The position numbers and the translations under genes are program-made. A DNA stretch of 20,000 nt, taken from IMG/VR virus record IMGVR_UViG_3300042564_002063; one strand, 5' to 3'. Origin of the DNA: an uncultured virus (IMG/VR IMGVR_UViG_3300042564_002063) (taxonomy: Duplodnaviria > Heunggongvirae > Uroviricota > Caudoviricetes). The notes beneath the pieces are model-generated. The model saw nothing but the letters and a program-made list of their open reading frames with translations, was not told where the DNA came from and did no database searches. This document shows positions 1 to 7,261 of the stretch, piece after piece (position 1 is the stretch's first letter; every line of letters starts with the position of its first letter).

Positions 1-50
1 TTTTCTTTCAAATAGTCATTAATAAAGATAGGTGGGTACGATATTGCCAT
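1..50 (-). CDS. 5' end of a CDS running off the left edge (MAISYPPIFINDYLKE...), probably a neck/tail-completion gene
   Basis: ATG at 50-48 overlaps the TAA of the upstream gene (TAATG). The frame is open to the window edge. Function is inferred from position only. Confidence 0.6.
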   Translation of the reverse strand, partial: MAISYPPIFINDYLKE

Positions 51-718
51 TAGATAAGACCTGCCTTTGCTATCCAGGATTGTCCGACTGTTACGCCTAG
101 AGTTCTACCGCCACGTTTTCCAGAGCTAAAGTTTTTCTTAAAGTCAACTGGACTACGAAGGTATGAAGCAATCCCAGAGCTTTCAAGAAATGACTGAGTA
201 AAGTATCTATTAAAAAATGAATTAAACACCCTCTCATACTCTCCTTGGACCTGGCCTCCTGGATTGCTCACCCTAACTGGCTTGGTGGTAAAAACTGTTT
301 CTCCGTCTTGCTCAAATGCAAGCACTCGCTGCTTTGGAACGATTGTAACTGGTATTCCATTTTCCATAATCCTAGCTTTATCATAGAATGGTACACGTGA
401 TCCATTCTTAATAGATGACGACTGTCTAAATGTTGAATTGAAGGATAGGCCTACTCCAGTAGAGACATACTTGATGTCGTATAGCCTAGCATCTGGGGAA
501 CCTGTCTTATCCCATTCGTAGACGTGGTGTAGGACTTGTGGATTTACCCTGGCATTTGCATCTATGTATGCCTTCAAAGCCTCTGACATCGTCGCTCCGA
601 GCTGCTGGAGGAATGATGGGTAGCCCTGCTTAACCCCATCCAAAAATCCTAAAGCATAGTTTACGATATTGTCCATATCCTTTGCAAACTGCTTGTTCTT
701 AACCGTTACCCTATACAT
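50..718 (-). CDS. Phage virion morphogenesis protein, putative neck/tail-completion protein (222 aa)
   Basis: Long ORF coupled by TAATG overlaps at both ends, downstream of the capsid and adaptor genes. No diagnostic motif recognised. Confidence 0.55.
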   Translation of the reverse strand: MYRVTVKNKQFAKDMDNIVNYALGFLDGVKQGYPSFLQQLGATMSEALKAYIDANARVNPQVLHHVYEWDKTGSPDARLYDIKYVSTGVGLSFNSTFRQSSSIKNGSRVPFYDKARIMENGIPVTIVPKQRVLAFEQDGETVFTTKPVRVSNPGGQVQGEYERVFNSFFNRYFTQSFLESSGIASYLRSPVDFKKNFSSGKRGGRTLGVTVGQSWIAKAGLI

Positions 719-1167
719 TAAACATCAGCCGCCTGATTTTCTGATCTACGAACAACTAACTTGTAATACTCAACATTTCCAAATGGACCAGCAAATGGCT
801 CATTCGTGGCTACCTCAAAAATAGTAGACTTGCCAGCTCTTGGTCCAGATGTTTCAACATATAGAGGATTACAATTCTTATCCCGAATGTTTGTTATGAT
901 TACATTTGTAATGGCGTTACCTGCGTCACGACTAGAGAATCTAATATCATCTTTTACTCTTCCCATTAGAATGCCATCTTGGGTAATATTTATATTTGGC
1001 TTGACTTCTTCTTTCCACGCTGTCCCAGCTGGAGCCAAACTACAGGCAATTGTTCTGTCTAGAACCCAGGTCTTTATAACGTTTCCAAGAGCACCTTGTT
1101 CAACTATTGGGTGATAAACATCTGCTTCCATTGGGAATATGAAATCTGTCTTGTCCCCACACGCCAT
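718..1167 (-). CDS. Putative head-closure / head-tail joining protein (149 aa)
   Basis: Size, beta-rich pattern (ADVYHPIVEQGALGNVIKTW ... IFEVAT ... YYKLVVRRS) and position after the adaptor resemble SPP1 gp16-type stoppers. TAATG coupling at both ends. Confidence 0.55.
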   Translation of the reverse strand: MACGDKTDFIFPMEADVYHPIVEQGALGNVIKTWVLDRTIACSLAPAGTAWKEEVKPNINITQDGILMGRVKDDIRFSSRDAGNAITNVIITNIRDKNCNPLYVETSGPRAGKSTIFEVATNEPFAGPFGNVEYYKLVVRRSENQAADV

Positions 1168-2048
1168 TATAAGACTCCTATTGTCCGAATCGGCCTCATG
1201 TATTTGGACAGAATCTTATCTACAATGATGTTTCCAGTGCCATCAAAGACACCAGAATCAAACTTAATCTTAAACTGATCGGTATTGTAGTCTGCAATAT
1301 AACGCTTGTAGTAATCAAGCTTTCCGCATGAAATATCGTCAACCAGCATTTCGGTCGCACGAACCACATCTGATGGTATTTTCTTATACCCTATTTCTAG
1401 TACGGCAGAGTAGTCGAAGCCTCTGGGAAATCCACGATATACGAAATTTAGATCTAGCATATCTGATCCAGCAGCTGGCAAAAGGATCGGTGCACCTTCA
1501 TTTCTGTTAAAGGTGTCTGAGTAAAGTTCTTTAATTGCAAACTTGTCTTTGGTTAGTCCATACTGAATGGTGTATAGCTCTGGCTCTGAGATATCAAAAA
1601 CTAATGTGTTGTTCTCATAAAGCTTTAGTAGCTTGTTTGCATTTGTCCAAATTGGAAGGTAGTCAGCACCTAGTCCAGTTGTGGAGTAATACTTCTTCTT
1701 GTAATAAAAACCGTCATTTACGATAGAGTCAATAATTGCTCTAGCAATTTCTTCATTTTTCCTATATTCCGCAATCTCTGTGGCGGTGGTTCCCTTAGTG
1801 GTTGGATCTACATATGGCCTAACCACGGAAACATTTTCTGTAGAATCATCTACAGTTATTTCATAATCTCCGTCAACAGTGCTAGGAAGATCTATGTATG
1901 CTGTCTGTCCAGCTGAAGTTATCTCAACAACTCCAGTGGATACTGAGTGGTCCGCCAAGTCTAGGATAGAATACTCATACTCTACCCCAACGTCCAATCC
2001 AGTAACTGGATAGGTAACACTACTTGACGGAACCCTCAATATTTCCAT
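1167..2048 (-). CDS. Putative head-tail adaptor/connector protein (293 aa, start reassigned to ATG 2048, MEILRV...)
   Basis: ATG at 2048 lies just after the upstream stop (2050-2052), with AGGAG at 2066-2062. Motifs 'EEIARAIIDSI' and 'IGYKKIPSDVVRATEMLV ... IVDKILSKY' resemble gp6/gp15-type adaptors. The gene is downstream of the major capsid gene. Confidence 0.65.
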   Translation of the reverse strand: MEILRVPSSSVTYPVTGLDVGVEYEYSILDLADHSVSTGVVEITSAGQTAYIDLPSTVDGDYEITVDDSTENVSVVRPYVDPTTKGTTATEIAEYRKNEEIARAIIDSIVNDGFYYKKKYYSTTGLGADYLPIWTNANKLLKLYENNTLVFDISEPELYTIQYGLTKDKFAIKELYSDTFNRNEGAPILLPAAGSDMLDLNFVYRGFPRGFDYSAVLEIGYKKIPSDVVRATEMLVDDISCGKLDYYKRYIADYNTDQFKIKFDSGVFDGTGNIIVDKILSKYMRPIRTIGVL

Positions 2049-2049
2049 T

Positions 2050-2574
2050 TTACTTGCCAAACTCCTGAGCAACCTCTTCTGGTGTTGCTAGTCGAATGTG
2101 ACCCCTTGTAAGCCACTGGTCAGCCTGTTCCTTGGTTACGATGTTGTAGCCACGGTATACCTTGCCAACTCCAGGCCAAGAAACATTCTTGCTTGAGTGG
2201 ACGGCAACCTTTTCAGGCTTTGCCTCTTCATTCTGCGTCTTAACAGATGGCTTACGCTTAACGGTTCCAGTGCCAATAACACCGTTAGCAACTCCAGTTA
2301 GGCCTGATGCAAGATCGGAAGGCTTTGCCTTATTTTGTGATGCAGAAGAGATGACCTTTGTGTCCTCTACTTCTTCAACAACAGAAACCTTTGCAGCTAG
2401 GTTAAATTTTTCAACAACCTCTTCAACCTTTGTCTCTGGTACTTCTTCTACTACAGATTCTGTAGCAATCTCTTCTACAAGTGCCTTAAATTCCTCAACT
2501 TTTTCTGCTGGGATTACAGCCTCACCATCAGCCAATACTGCTGGGATGACATCATTTGCATTTTCTTCTGACAT
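2050..2574 (-). CDS. Hypothetical protein (174 aa) with an acidic Glu/Val-rich N-terminus and a compact C-terminal domain, possibly capsid-associated
   Basis: AGGAGG SD just upstream of ATG 2574 and its own extended -10 at 2608-2600. It is the first gene after the major capsid gene. Confidence 0.7.
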   Translation of the reverse strand: MSEENANDVIPAVLADGEAVIPAEKVEEFKALVEEIATESVVEEVPETKVEEVVEKFNLAAKVSVVEEVEDTKVISSASQNKAKPSDLASGLTGVANGVIGTGTVKRKPSVKTQNEEAKPEKVAVHSSKNVSWPGVGKVYRGYNIVTKEQADQWLTRGHIRLATPEEVAQEFGK

Positions 2575-2599
2575 AATTCCTCCTGTCGTTATTCAATTA

Positions 2600-2608
2600 A
2601 TTATAACA
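2600..2608 (-). promoter_or_regulatory. Extended -10 promoter TGTTATAAT
   Basis: Exact TGnTATAAT in the intergenic gap, 25 nt before ATG 2574. The motif recurs in other gaps. Confidence 0.65.
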
Positions 2609-2621
2609 GATTAAATGGTAA

Positions 2622-2652
2622 GAGGGCAGGAGCTAGATGCCCCTGCCCCCTC
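2622..2652 (-). terminator. GC-rich hairpin after the major capsid gene, probable intrinsic terminator
   Basis: Minus strand GAGGGGGCAGGGGC-ATCTA-GCTCCTGCCCTC followed by TTACCATTT, about 20 nt after the capsid stop. Confidence 0.7.
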
Positions 2653-2671
2653 AAAGGTTTGCTACAGATTT

Positions 2672-3802
2672 TTAGCTATCTGAAGCAGCGTCAGCGAACG
2701 CAATAGCGTCCTCTTCCTCCCACTGTACACCAAAGCGTACGAATACAGTATATTCTACTGTGTCCTTCTTTGGCTTGTACTCACGGTTTACGGTGATGTC
2801 CCTCTGGAATCCCCATACACGGTTCTGTGGGAATGTGAGGTCAACGTAGCCATCTGGGTAGTAAGGAACTTCCTGTACGTCGATGCCTAGAACACGGGTA
2901 GTGCGAGCACCACCGAATGTCTGACCAGCTCCGTCTAGGTAAGCCTGGGTGTTAGCCTGGGTGTTACCGTTCTTGCCAAGAGCCTCGGCAATTGCATCGG
3001 ATAGTGTACCGTTGTTCTTAACGATACCCTGGAATGCGTCAGTACCTGCGTAGAACTTCAAGTTAGACTTGATTGCACGGTACTTACGTGGCATTGCCAA
3101 GATGATCTGCTGCATTACTTCTGGAGTCCATGCGTTGTCAGCTACTGTTACTAGTGCCTCGTGTGCATCTCCATTGGTCGTTACACGGTTAACAAAACCT
3201 TCCATAATGTTAAGGAATGCGTTGCTACCAGTGCCAGTACCATTGATTGCTAGGTCTTCGATGTCATTTGCAAAAGCGTTTGTCATCAAACGAACTAGGT
3301 GGTCCTCAAGAGCAGCACCTTCGATGCCATCTTCTAGAGCCTCAGCTGAGACCTCCCAGTCAAGACGGATCTTCTTGGTTGTTAGCTCTACCTTTGAGAA
3401 CTGAGCACCAGTGTTTTCGTAGTTACCGATTGCCTGTGCAGCAGCACGGATAACCCTCTCTCCAACATTGACCTTCTCGAGTTCCATTGTGTTGGCTCGC
3501 ATAGTTACACGACGACCATCCTTGGCGAGTACAGTTGCATCCCATACGTAGTCAATAAAACGACGTGCCTGTTCAGGGCGTAGAATACCACTGCCTGCAT
3601 CACCCGAAGGATTTACAGCATTTGGTCCAGTTGTTAGACCATATTCAGCGTTTGGAATGTTACCTAGTGTGTTTAGACCTGGGTCTGATACACCACCAAT
3701 GCCACCAGATGCGAAAGCACCCTGACCTTGATATAGACCAGGAGCAGTGCCACCTAGTTCACCAGATTCTCCTGGCTGATTTTTAATAATCTCTTCCGAC
3801 AT
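2672..3802 (-). CDS. Major capsid protein, HK97 fold (376 aa)
   Basis: Typical motifs: 'GILRPEQARRFID', 'FSKVELTTKKIRLDWEVSAEALED', 'FANDIEDLAINGTG', 'RVLGIDVQEVPY'. Strong SD AGGAGGTGA, position after the protease/scaffold gene, and a downstream terminator. Confidence 0.92.
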   Translation of the reverse strand: MSEEIIKNQPGESGELGGTAPGLYQGQGAFASGGIGGVSDPGLNTLGNIPNAEYGLTTGPNAVNPSGDAGSGILRPEQARRFIDYVWDATVLAKDGRRVTMRANTMELEKVNVGERVIRAAAQAIGNYENTGAQFSKVELTTKKIRLDWEVSAEALEDGIEGAALEDHLVRLMTNAFANDIEDLAINGTGTGSNAFLNIMEGFVNRVTTNGDAHEALVTVADNAWTPEVMQQIILAMPRKYRAIKSNLKFYAGTDAFQGIVKNNGTLSDAIAEALGKNGNTQANTQAYLDGAGQTFGGARTTRVLGIDVQEVPYYPDGYVDLTFPQNRVWGFQRDITVNREYKPKKDTVEYTVFVRFGVQWEEEDAIAFADAASDS

Positions 3803-3828
3803 ATTGTCACCTCCTAAGTGATTGTTAC

Positions 3829-4422
3829 TTAATTAAATAAGTCGGCAGTTTTGAGGAAACGTCCGCCCCATAGGGATTTTTCAACCTTTTCTGGTTGTTC
3901 CTGTACAATCTCTCCGAGATCGCCAGACTTACGGAAAGCGGTGTCAGCCTCTACAGCGTCTACCCTCTTTCCAAAATTATCAAACTCTGATGCTGCCTGT
4001 GCTAGCTCACCCTTTACAGATGTAAGCTCGCCCTTTACAACACCTAGAGACTTGTTTAGCTCAGATACCTGCTCGTGTAGAGACTTTACGGTATCTGCTA
4101 GATCGCTAAAGGCTGATGTTAGAGTATTCTTGATGTCAGCTACTGCGTCAACAATAACATCATCTGACTTCGATACCTCTTCTTCAGCAGACTTGTCCAC
4201 GTCTTCAGACTTCATTGCTTCGTCTTTATCCATGTCATCAGACTTCTTCTCTTCATCCATAGACTTCTCGTCCATAGACTTTTCCTCGTCCATGGACTTT
4301 TCGTCCATAGTCTTGTCTTCGGAATAGCCCTTCTCTACTGCTTCGGCATCTGCCTCTGGAGCGACCTGTGTTTCTTCAACTACGTCGTCGTTTTTTACGA
4401 CATCTTCAGTTGCTTCGTTCAT
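3829..4422 (-). CDS. Nested in-frame scaffold protein (197 aa, MNEATEDVV...) from an internal start in the protease gene
   Basis: AAGGAGG at 4437-4431, 8 nt before the in-frame ATG at 4422 (Met254). The downstream sequence is acidic, then heptad-like. Confidence 0.6.
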   Translation of the reverse strand: MNEATEDVVKNDDVVEETQVAPEADAEAVEKGYSEDKTMDEKSMDEEKSMDEKSMDEEKKSDDMDKDEAMKSEDVDKSAEEEVSKSDDVIVDAVADIKNTLTSAFSDLADTVKSLHEQVSELNKSLGVVKGELTSVKGELAQAASEFDNFGKRVDAVEADTAFRKSGDLGEIVQEQPEKVEKSLWGGRFLKTADLFN

Positions 4423-5181
4423 AGGACTTGCCTCCTTCGTCATCTTAGAAAGATTAATGCCTTTAGCACTATCAACTAAGAACTTTATCATTTCTGTTTT
4501 TTCGTCATCATTCTTTTCAACGAAACCTATGTTCTTCATCTGGCTGCCATTAATTGGACTTACCTCTGCGTCTAAGTCAGATACCTTTACGATACCGCTT
4601 TCGCTATCCCAGAAGACATTTTCGAATTCTACATCTAGGTTGTCACCCTTGATCATATCTACACCGTCTACTTTCTCTACAGACAAAATATTTGCAAACT
4701 GGTTGGCTGGATTATCTACAAGAGATAGCTCTACCAAGTCATAATCTTTGATAATCCTGATTGACTTATCCATCTTCTCGTCATAAGCGTCATCCCACTT
4801 ATTCATTCGGCCACCGATAGAAAAACCAGAAAGGGTTCCATCTAGAACCTTCTCCCAGGTATCCTGAGCACCCTTTGAAACATAGGCAGAAACGTAAACA
4901 CCAGAGAAGAATTTCTTCGACTCTGGATCAAAATACTTGTCTTCCTTAAAGGAAACCATTTTGCCAACAGATAGTGGCTGGTGCATTTCACGAATGTTGC
5001 CACGGAACTTTGCGAATGCCTTTAGAGATGCATCGGTAGTAACGATATCTGACTGCTTGTCAACGTTATCAAGTGTGGCAAATCCTGAGACAATACGTCT
5101 CTCTGAATCGACCTTGCTAAAAGGCATCGAGAGTCGAACATTCTCACCCTCGGTGTCCCAGTGAACCTTTGATATAGTCAT
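3829..5181 (-). CDS. Prohead maturation protease (HK97-type) fused to an acidic/coiled-coil scaffold region (450 aa)
   Basis: N-terminal motifs 'RIVSGFAT..NVDKQSDIV', 'IREMH', 'GTLSGFSIGG', 'LVELSLVDNPAN' match the caudoviral prohead serine protease. It lies between the portal and capsid genes. Confidence 0.9.
   Translation of the reverse strand: MTISKVHWDTEGENVRLSMPFSKVDSERRIVSGFATLDNVDKQSDIVTTDASLKAFAKFRGNIREMHQPLSVGKMVSFKEDKYFDPESKKFFSGVYVSAYVSKGAQDTWEKVLDGTLSGFSIGGRMNKWDDAYDEKMDKSIRIIKDYDLVELSLVDNPANQFANILSVEKVDGVDMIKGDNLDVEFENVFWDSESGIVKVSDLDAEVSPINGSQMKNIGFVEKNDDEKTEMIKFLVDSAKGINLSKMTKEASPMNEATEDVVKNDDVVEETQVAPEADAEAVEKGYSEDKTMDEKSMDEEKSMDEKSMDEEKKSDDMDKDEAMKSEDVDKSAEEEVSKSDDVIVDAVADIKNTLTSAFSDLADTVKSLHEQVSELNKSLGVVKGELTSVKGELAQAASEFDNFGKRVDAVEADTAFRKSGDLGEIVQEQPEKVEKSLWGGRFLKTADLFN
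4240..4308 (-). repeat. Four degenerate tandem MDE(E)KS units in the scaffold region
   Basis: Translation MDEKS-MDEEKS-MDEKS-MDEEKKS from imperfect 15-21 bp DNA units. Confidence 0.85.
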
Positions 5182-5190
5182 ACTACCTTA

Positions 5191-5244
5191 ATTATAATAC
5201 ACGTTTTATGAAATTGTTATAATTGCCAATAAACAATTATAACA
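5191..5244 (-). promoter_or_regulatory. Promoter region for the protease/capsid unit, with TATAAT boxes and an 11-bp inverted repeat
   Basis: Minus-strand TGTTATAAT at 5244-5236 and TATAAT at 5196-5191 (9 nt before ATG 5181). Inverted repeat TGTTATAATTG (5215-5225) / CAATTATAACA (5234-5244). Confidence 0.6.
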
Positions 5245-5246
5245 CA

Positions 5247-6875
5247 TTATTCTGAAGAACTACCCTCGCCCTGGGCATTTCGTCCAGAAACTGTTGATGG
5301 ACTGTCAGAATTATTATTAGTTCTTTCAGTATCACGCTGCCTGCTCTGTGCCGTATTGGCTCTAGTATCCGCTGCCTGACGAGACGACATTTCAAAAGGC
5401 TCGTCGCCGTCTGATCTTTGTGGTAGTCCAAGAACCTCACGTGCCTCGTTAGGGACCATAATCTGAGTCTTAACGTAACGCTCTAGAATCTGAGACTGAG
5501 TAATCTCATCAGTTAGAGTTAGCTCATTAAACTTAAGCTCTAGGATGTCTGTCTTTTCCTTGATAATTCTGCTGATAAGCTTCTCAATGTTTCTCTGCAT
5601 TGGTCTAGCTACCTGCTCCTTAAAGGTACGATCCTGAGATAGCGAAGCTGCAATATTTGACGCATCGCTACCACCTATCTTAGATAGCGGTACCTGGTGA
5701 GCAATCAGGATGTCATCACGGTTACGTAGTCGATACTCATTAAACGATGCCTCTTGAACTCCATTCTCAATTGGCTTCATCTCGAACTCTACCTTGTTTG
5801 TGTCAGAGTCTCCTGGCAAAGGAATGTATAGGGTTCTGTGCGACTGCCCCTTCAGGTTAGTCTGAAGGAATCTAAACAGCTTGTCCTCTGCATCAGAAGA
5901 TAGTTTTGCACCCTTAAGTGTTACAACGTAGCGTGGCACAGCCTTATTGCTAAAGTAGTCAATGTTGTACTGTGATGCTAGCTGATCTCCATGTAGGGAG
6001 GATACTGCAGACATGATATCTGGAATACCGTAATAAGTGTTTAATGGAGAGTACTGCTTAAAGTGAATAATCTCATTTGGTCTTGGATCTCCAGTTATGG
6101 GGTTTGCATTCTTTGCCCCAAAGTTTCTAAAGTAAACAACCTTTTGACCAATAATCTGAACAAAGCCATCTTTAAGTCTACGAACACGCATAGTTGTAGC
6201 TGGAATGTGACCAACGTAACCAATCTCACCACGAATAGTTCTACCAATTTCAAGGTAGCCATTTCCAGTTGCCTCGTAATCAGTTAGCACTTTCATCATT
6301 ACATTGGTAAAAGACTCTTCGTCATTGAGGTTTTCAATCCAGTCACGCATCTCAATCTTCATGCGTTCGATTCTCTTACGTGCCTTGTCCCTGGCTGAAT
6401 CGTTATCATTAGACTCAAGGGCCATCATTGTTCTGTCAGAAACATGGAAGTCGTAGCCAAGACCAACGATGTTCTCTACCTTAGCATCAATGGCTGCGTG
6501 GTTTGCAAAAGAGGTGTCATAGAAGTTGGCTAGCTCATACAGATTCCAAGGAGGAGTAATTACATCAAACATGCCGTAGCCGTTACGATAAACTGTACCT
6601 GGATTTATTTCCTTAGAGGTGGCACCGTCAACACCACGATTTACCGCCAAGGCACTATCTAGGTATACCGCTGAGTCTGTTCTTACATCATTTGGAATTG
6701 CCATATCATAGGCTTTTGCCATTCTGTCAGTACGACGCTTAAAGTTTTTATCCATTCCAGCTAGTGACTTTAGATCATCCCAGCTCTTGTTAAATGGATC
6801 CTGTGCCTTAAAGATATCTTCTTGCTTTTCCAAATCTGGTAAGCCAATATCTCTGATGTAGTAGTCTTCGGCCAT
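5247..6875 (-). CDS. Portal protein (542 aa)
   Basis: Portal motifs 'DYEATGNGYLEI.R', 'NEIIHFKQYSPLNTYYGIP', 'YFSNKAVPRYVV', 'DILIAHQVP..KIG', 'MVPNEAREVLGLP'. It is directly upstream of the protease gene. Confidence 0.92.
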   Translation of the reverse strand: MAEDYYIRDIGLPDLEKQEDIFKAQDPFNKSWDDLKSLAGMDKNFKRRTDRMAKAYDMAIPNDVRTDSAVYLDSALAVNRGVDGATSKEINPGTVYRNGYGMFDVITPPWNLYELANFYDTSFANHAAIDAKVENIVGLGYDFHVSDRTMMALESNDNDSARDKARKRIERMKIEMRDWIENLNDEESFTNVMMKVLTDYEATGNGYLEIGRTIRGEIGYVGHIPATTMRVRRLKDGFVQIIGQKVVYFRNFGAKNANPITGDPRPNEIIHFKQYSPLNTYYGIPDIMSAVSSLHGDQLASQYNIDYFSNKAVPRYVVTLKGAKLSSDAEDKLFRFLQTNLKGQSHRTLYIPLPGDSDTNKVEFEMKPIENGVQEASFNEYRLRNRDDILIAHQVPLSKIGGSDASNIAASLSQDRTFKEQVARPMQRNIEKLISRIIKEKTDILELKFNELTLTDEITQSQILERYVKTQIMVPNEAREVLGLPQRSDGDEPFEMSSRQAADTRANTAQSRQRDTERTNNNSDSPSTVSGRNAQGEGSSSE

Positions 6876-7243
6876 TAGCCTTCATCTCCATATAGTTCTA
6901 GTGTCTTTTTAGCAGCAGCAACAGCACCAAGATCATTAAGGTTAGGGATTAGACCATTCTTCATTCTGTCTACTTGCTCCGCATACTCATCATCTGATAC
7001 CCTGCTCACTCCTGGCATAAACTCATAAGAGCCGTCCCCCTGGCCCAAGTTTGTAGCTTCGTTAACAAGTTTTTGAATTTGTATTGCATCTCCACGATGC
7101 GAAGGAATATTTAAAACACTTCCGTTGCCATCTGTAAATGGCTTTCCGTTAGCCTTTTTCCAAAAATAAATCCCCCAGTCGTACTGCTTATCTAAAACAG
7201 TTATCTTGGAATTACCAATTTCATTAGGATTTTGTAGTTTCAT
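6875..7243 (-). CDS. Hypothetical protein (122 aa, start reassigned to ATG 7243, MKLQNPNE...), translationally coupled to the portal gene
   Basis: The stop overlaps the portal ATG (TAATG at 6877-6873). TGGTATACT lies 7 nt before ATG 7243. Confidence 0.7.
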   Translation of the reverse strand: MKLQNPNEIGNSKITVLDKQYDWGIYFWKKANGKPFTDGNGSVLNIPSHRGDAIQIQKLVNEATNLGQGDGSYEFMPGVSRVSDDEYAEQVDRMKNGLIPNLNDLGAVAAAKKTLELYGDEG

Positions 7244-7250
7244 AACCACC

Positions 7251-7259
7251 AGTATACCA
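7251..7259 (-). promoter_or_regulatory. Extended -10 promoter TGGTATACT, probably leaderless
   Basis: TGn-TATACT, then 7 nt, then ATG 7243, in a short intergenic gap. Confidence 0.6.
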
Positions 7260-7261
7260 TA

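Noticed and set aside
2049..2072. ORF-track start at 2072 for the adaptor gene
   Set aside because: It overlaps the upstream gene. ATG 2048, with an SD and located just after the upstream stop, is more plausible.
2942..2965. Exact 12-bp tandem duplication in the capsid gene (NTQA-NTQA)
   Set aside because: It is a single small in-frame duplication, probably in a loop, with no evidence of function.
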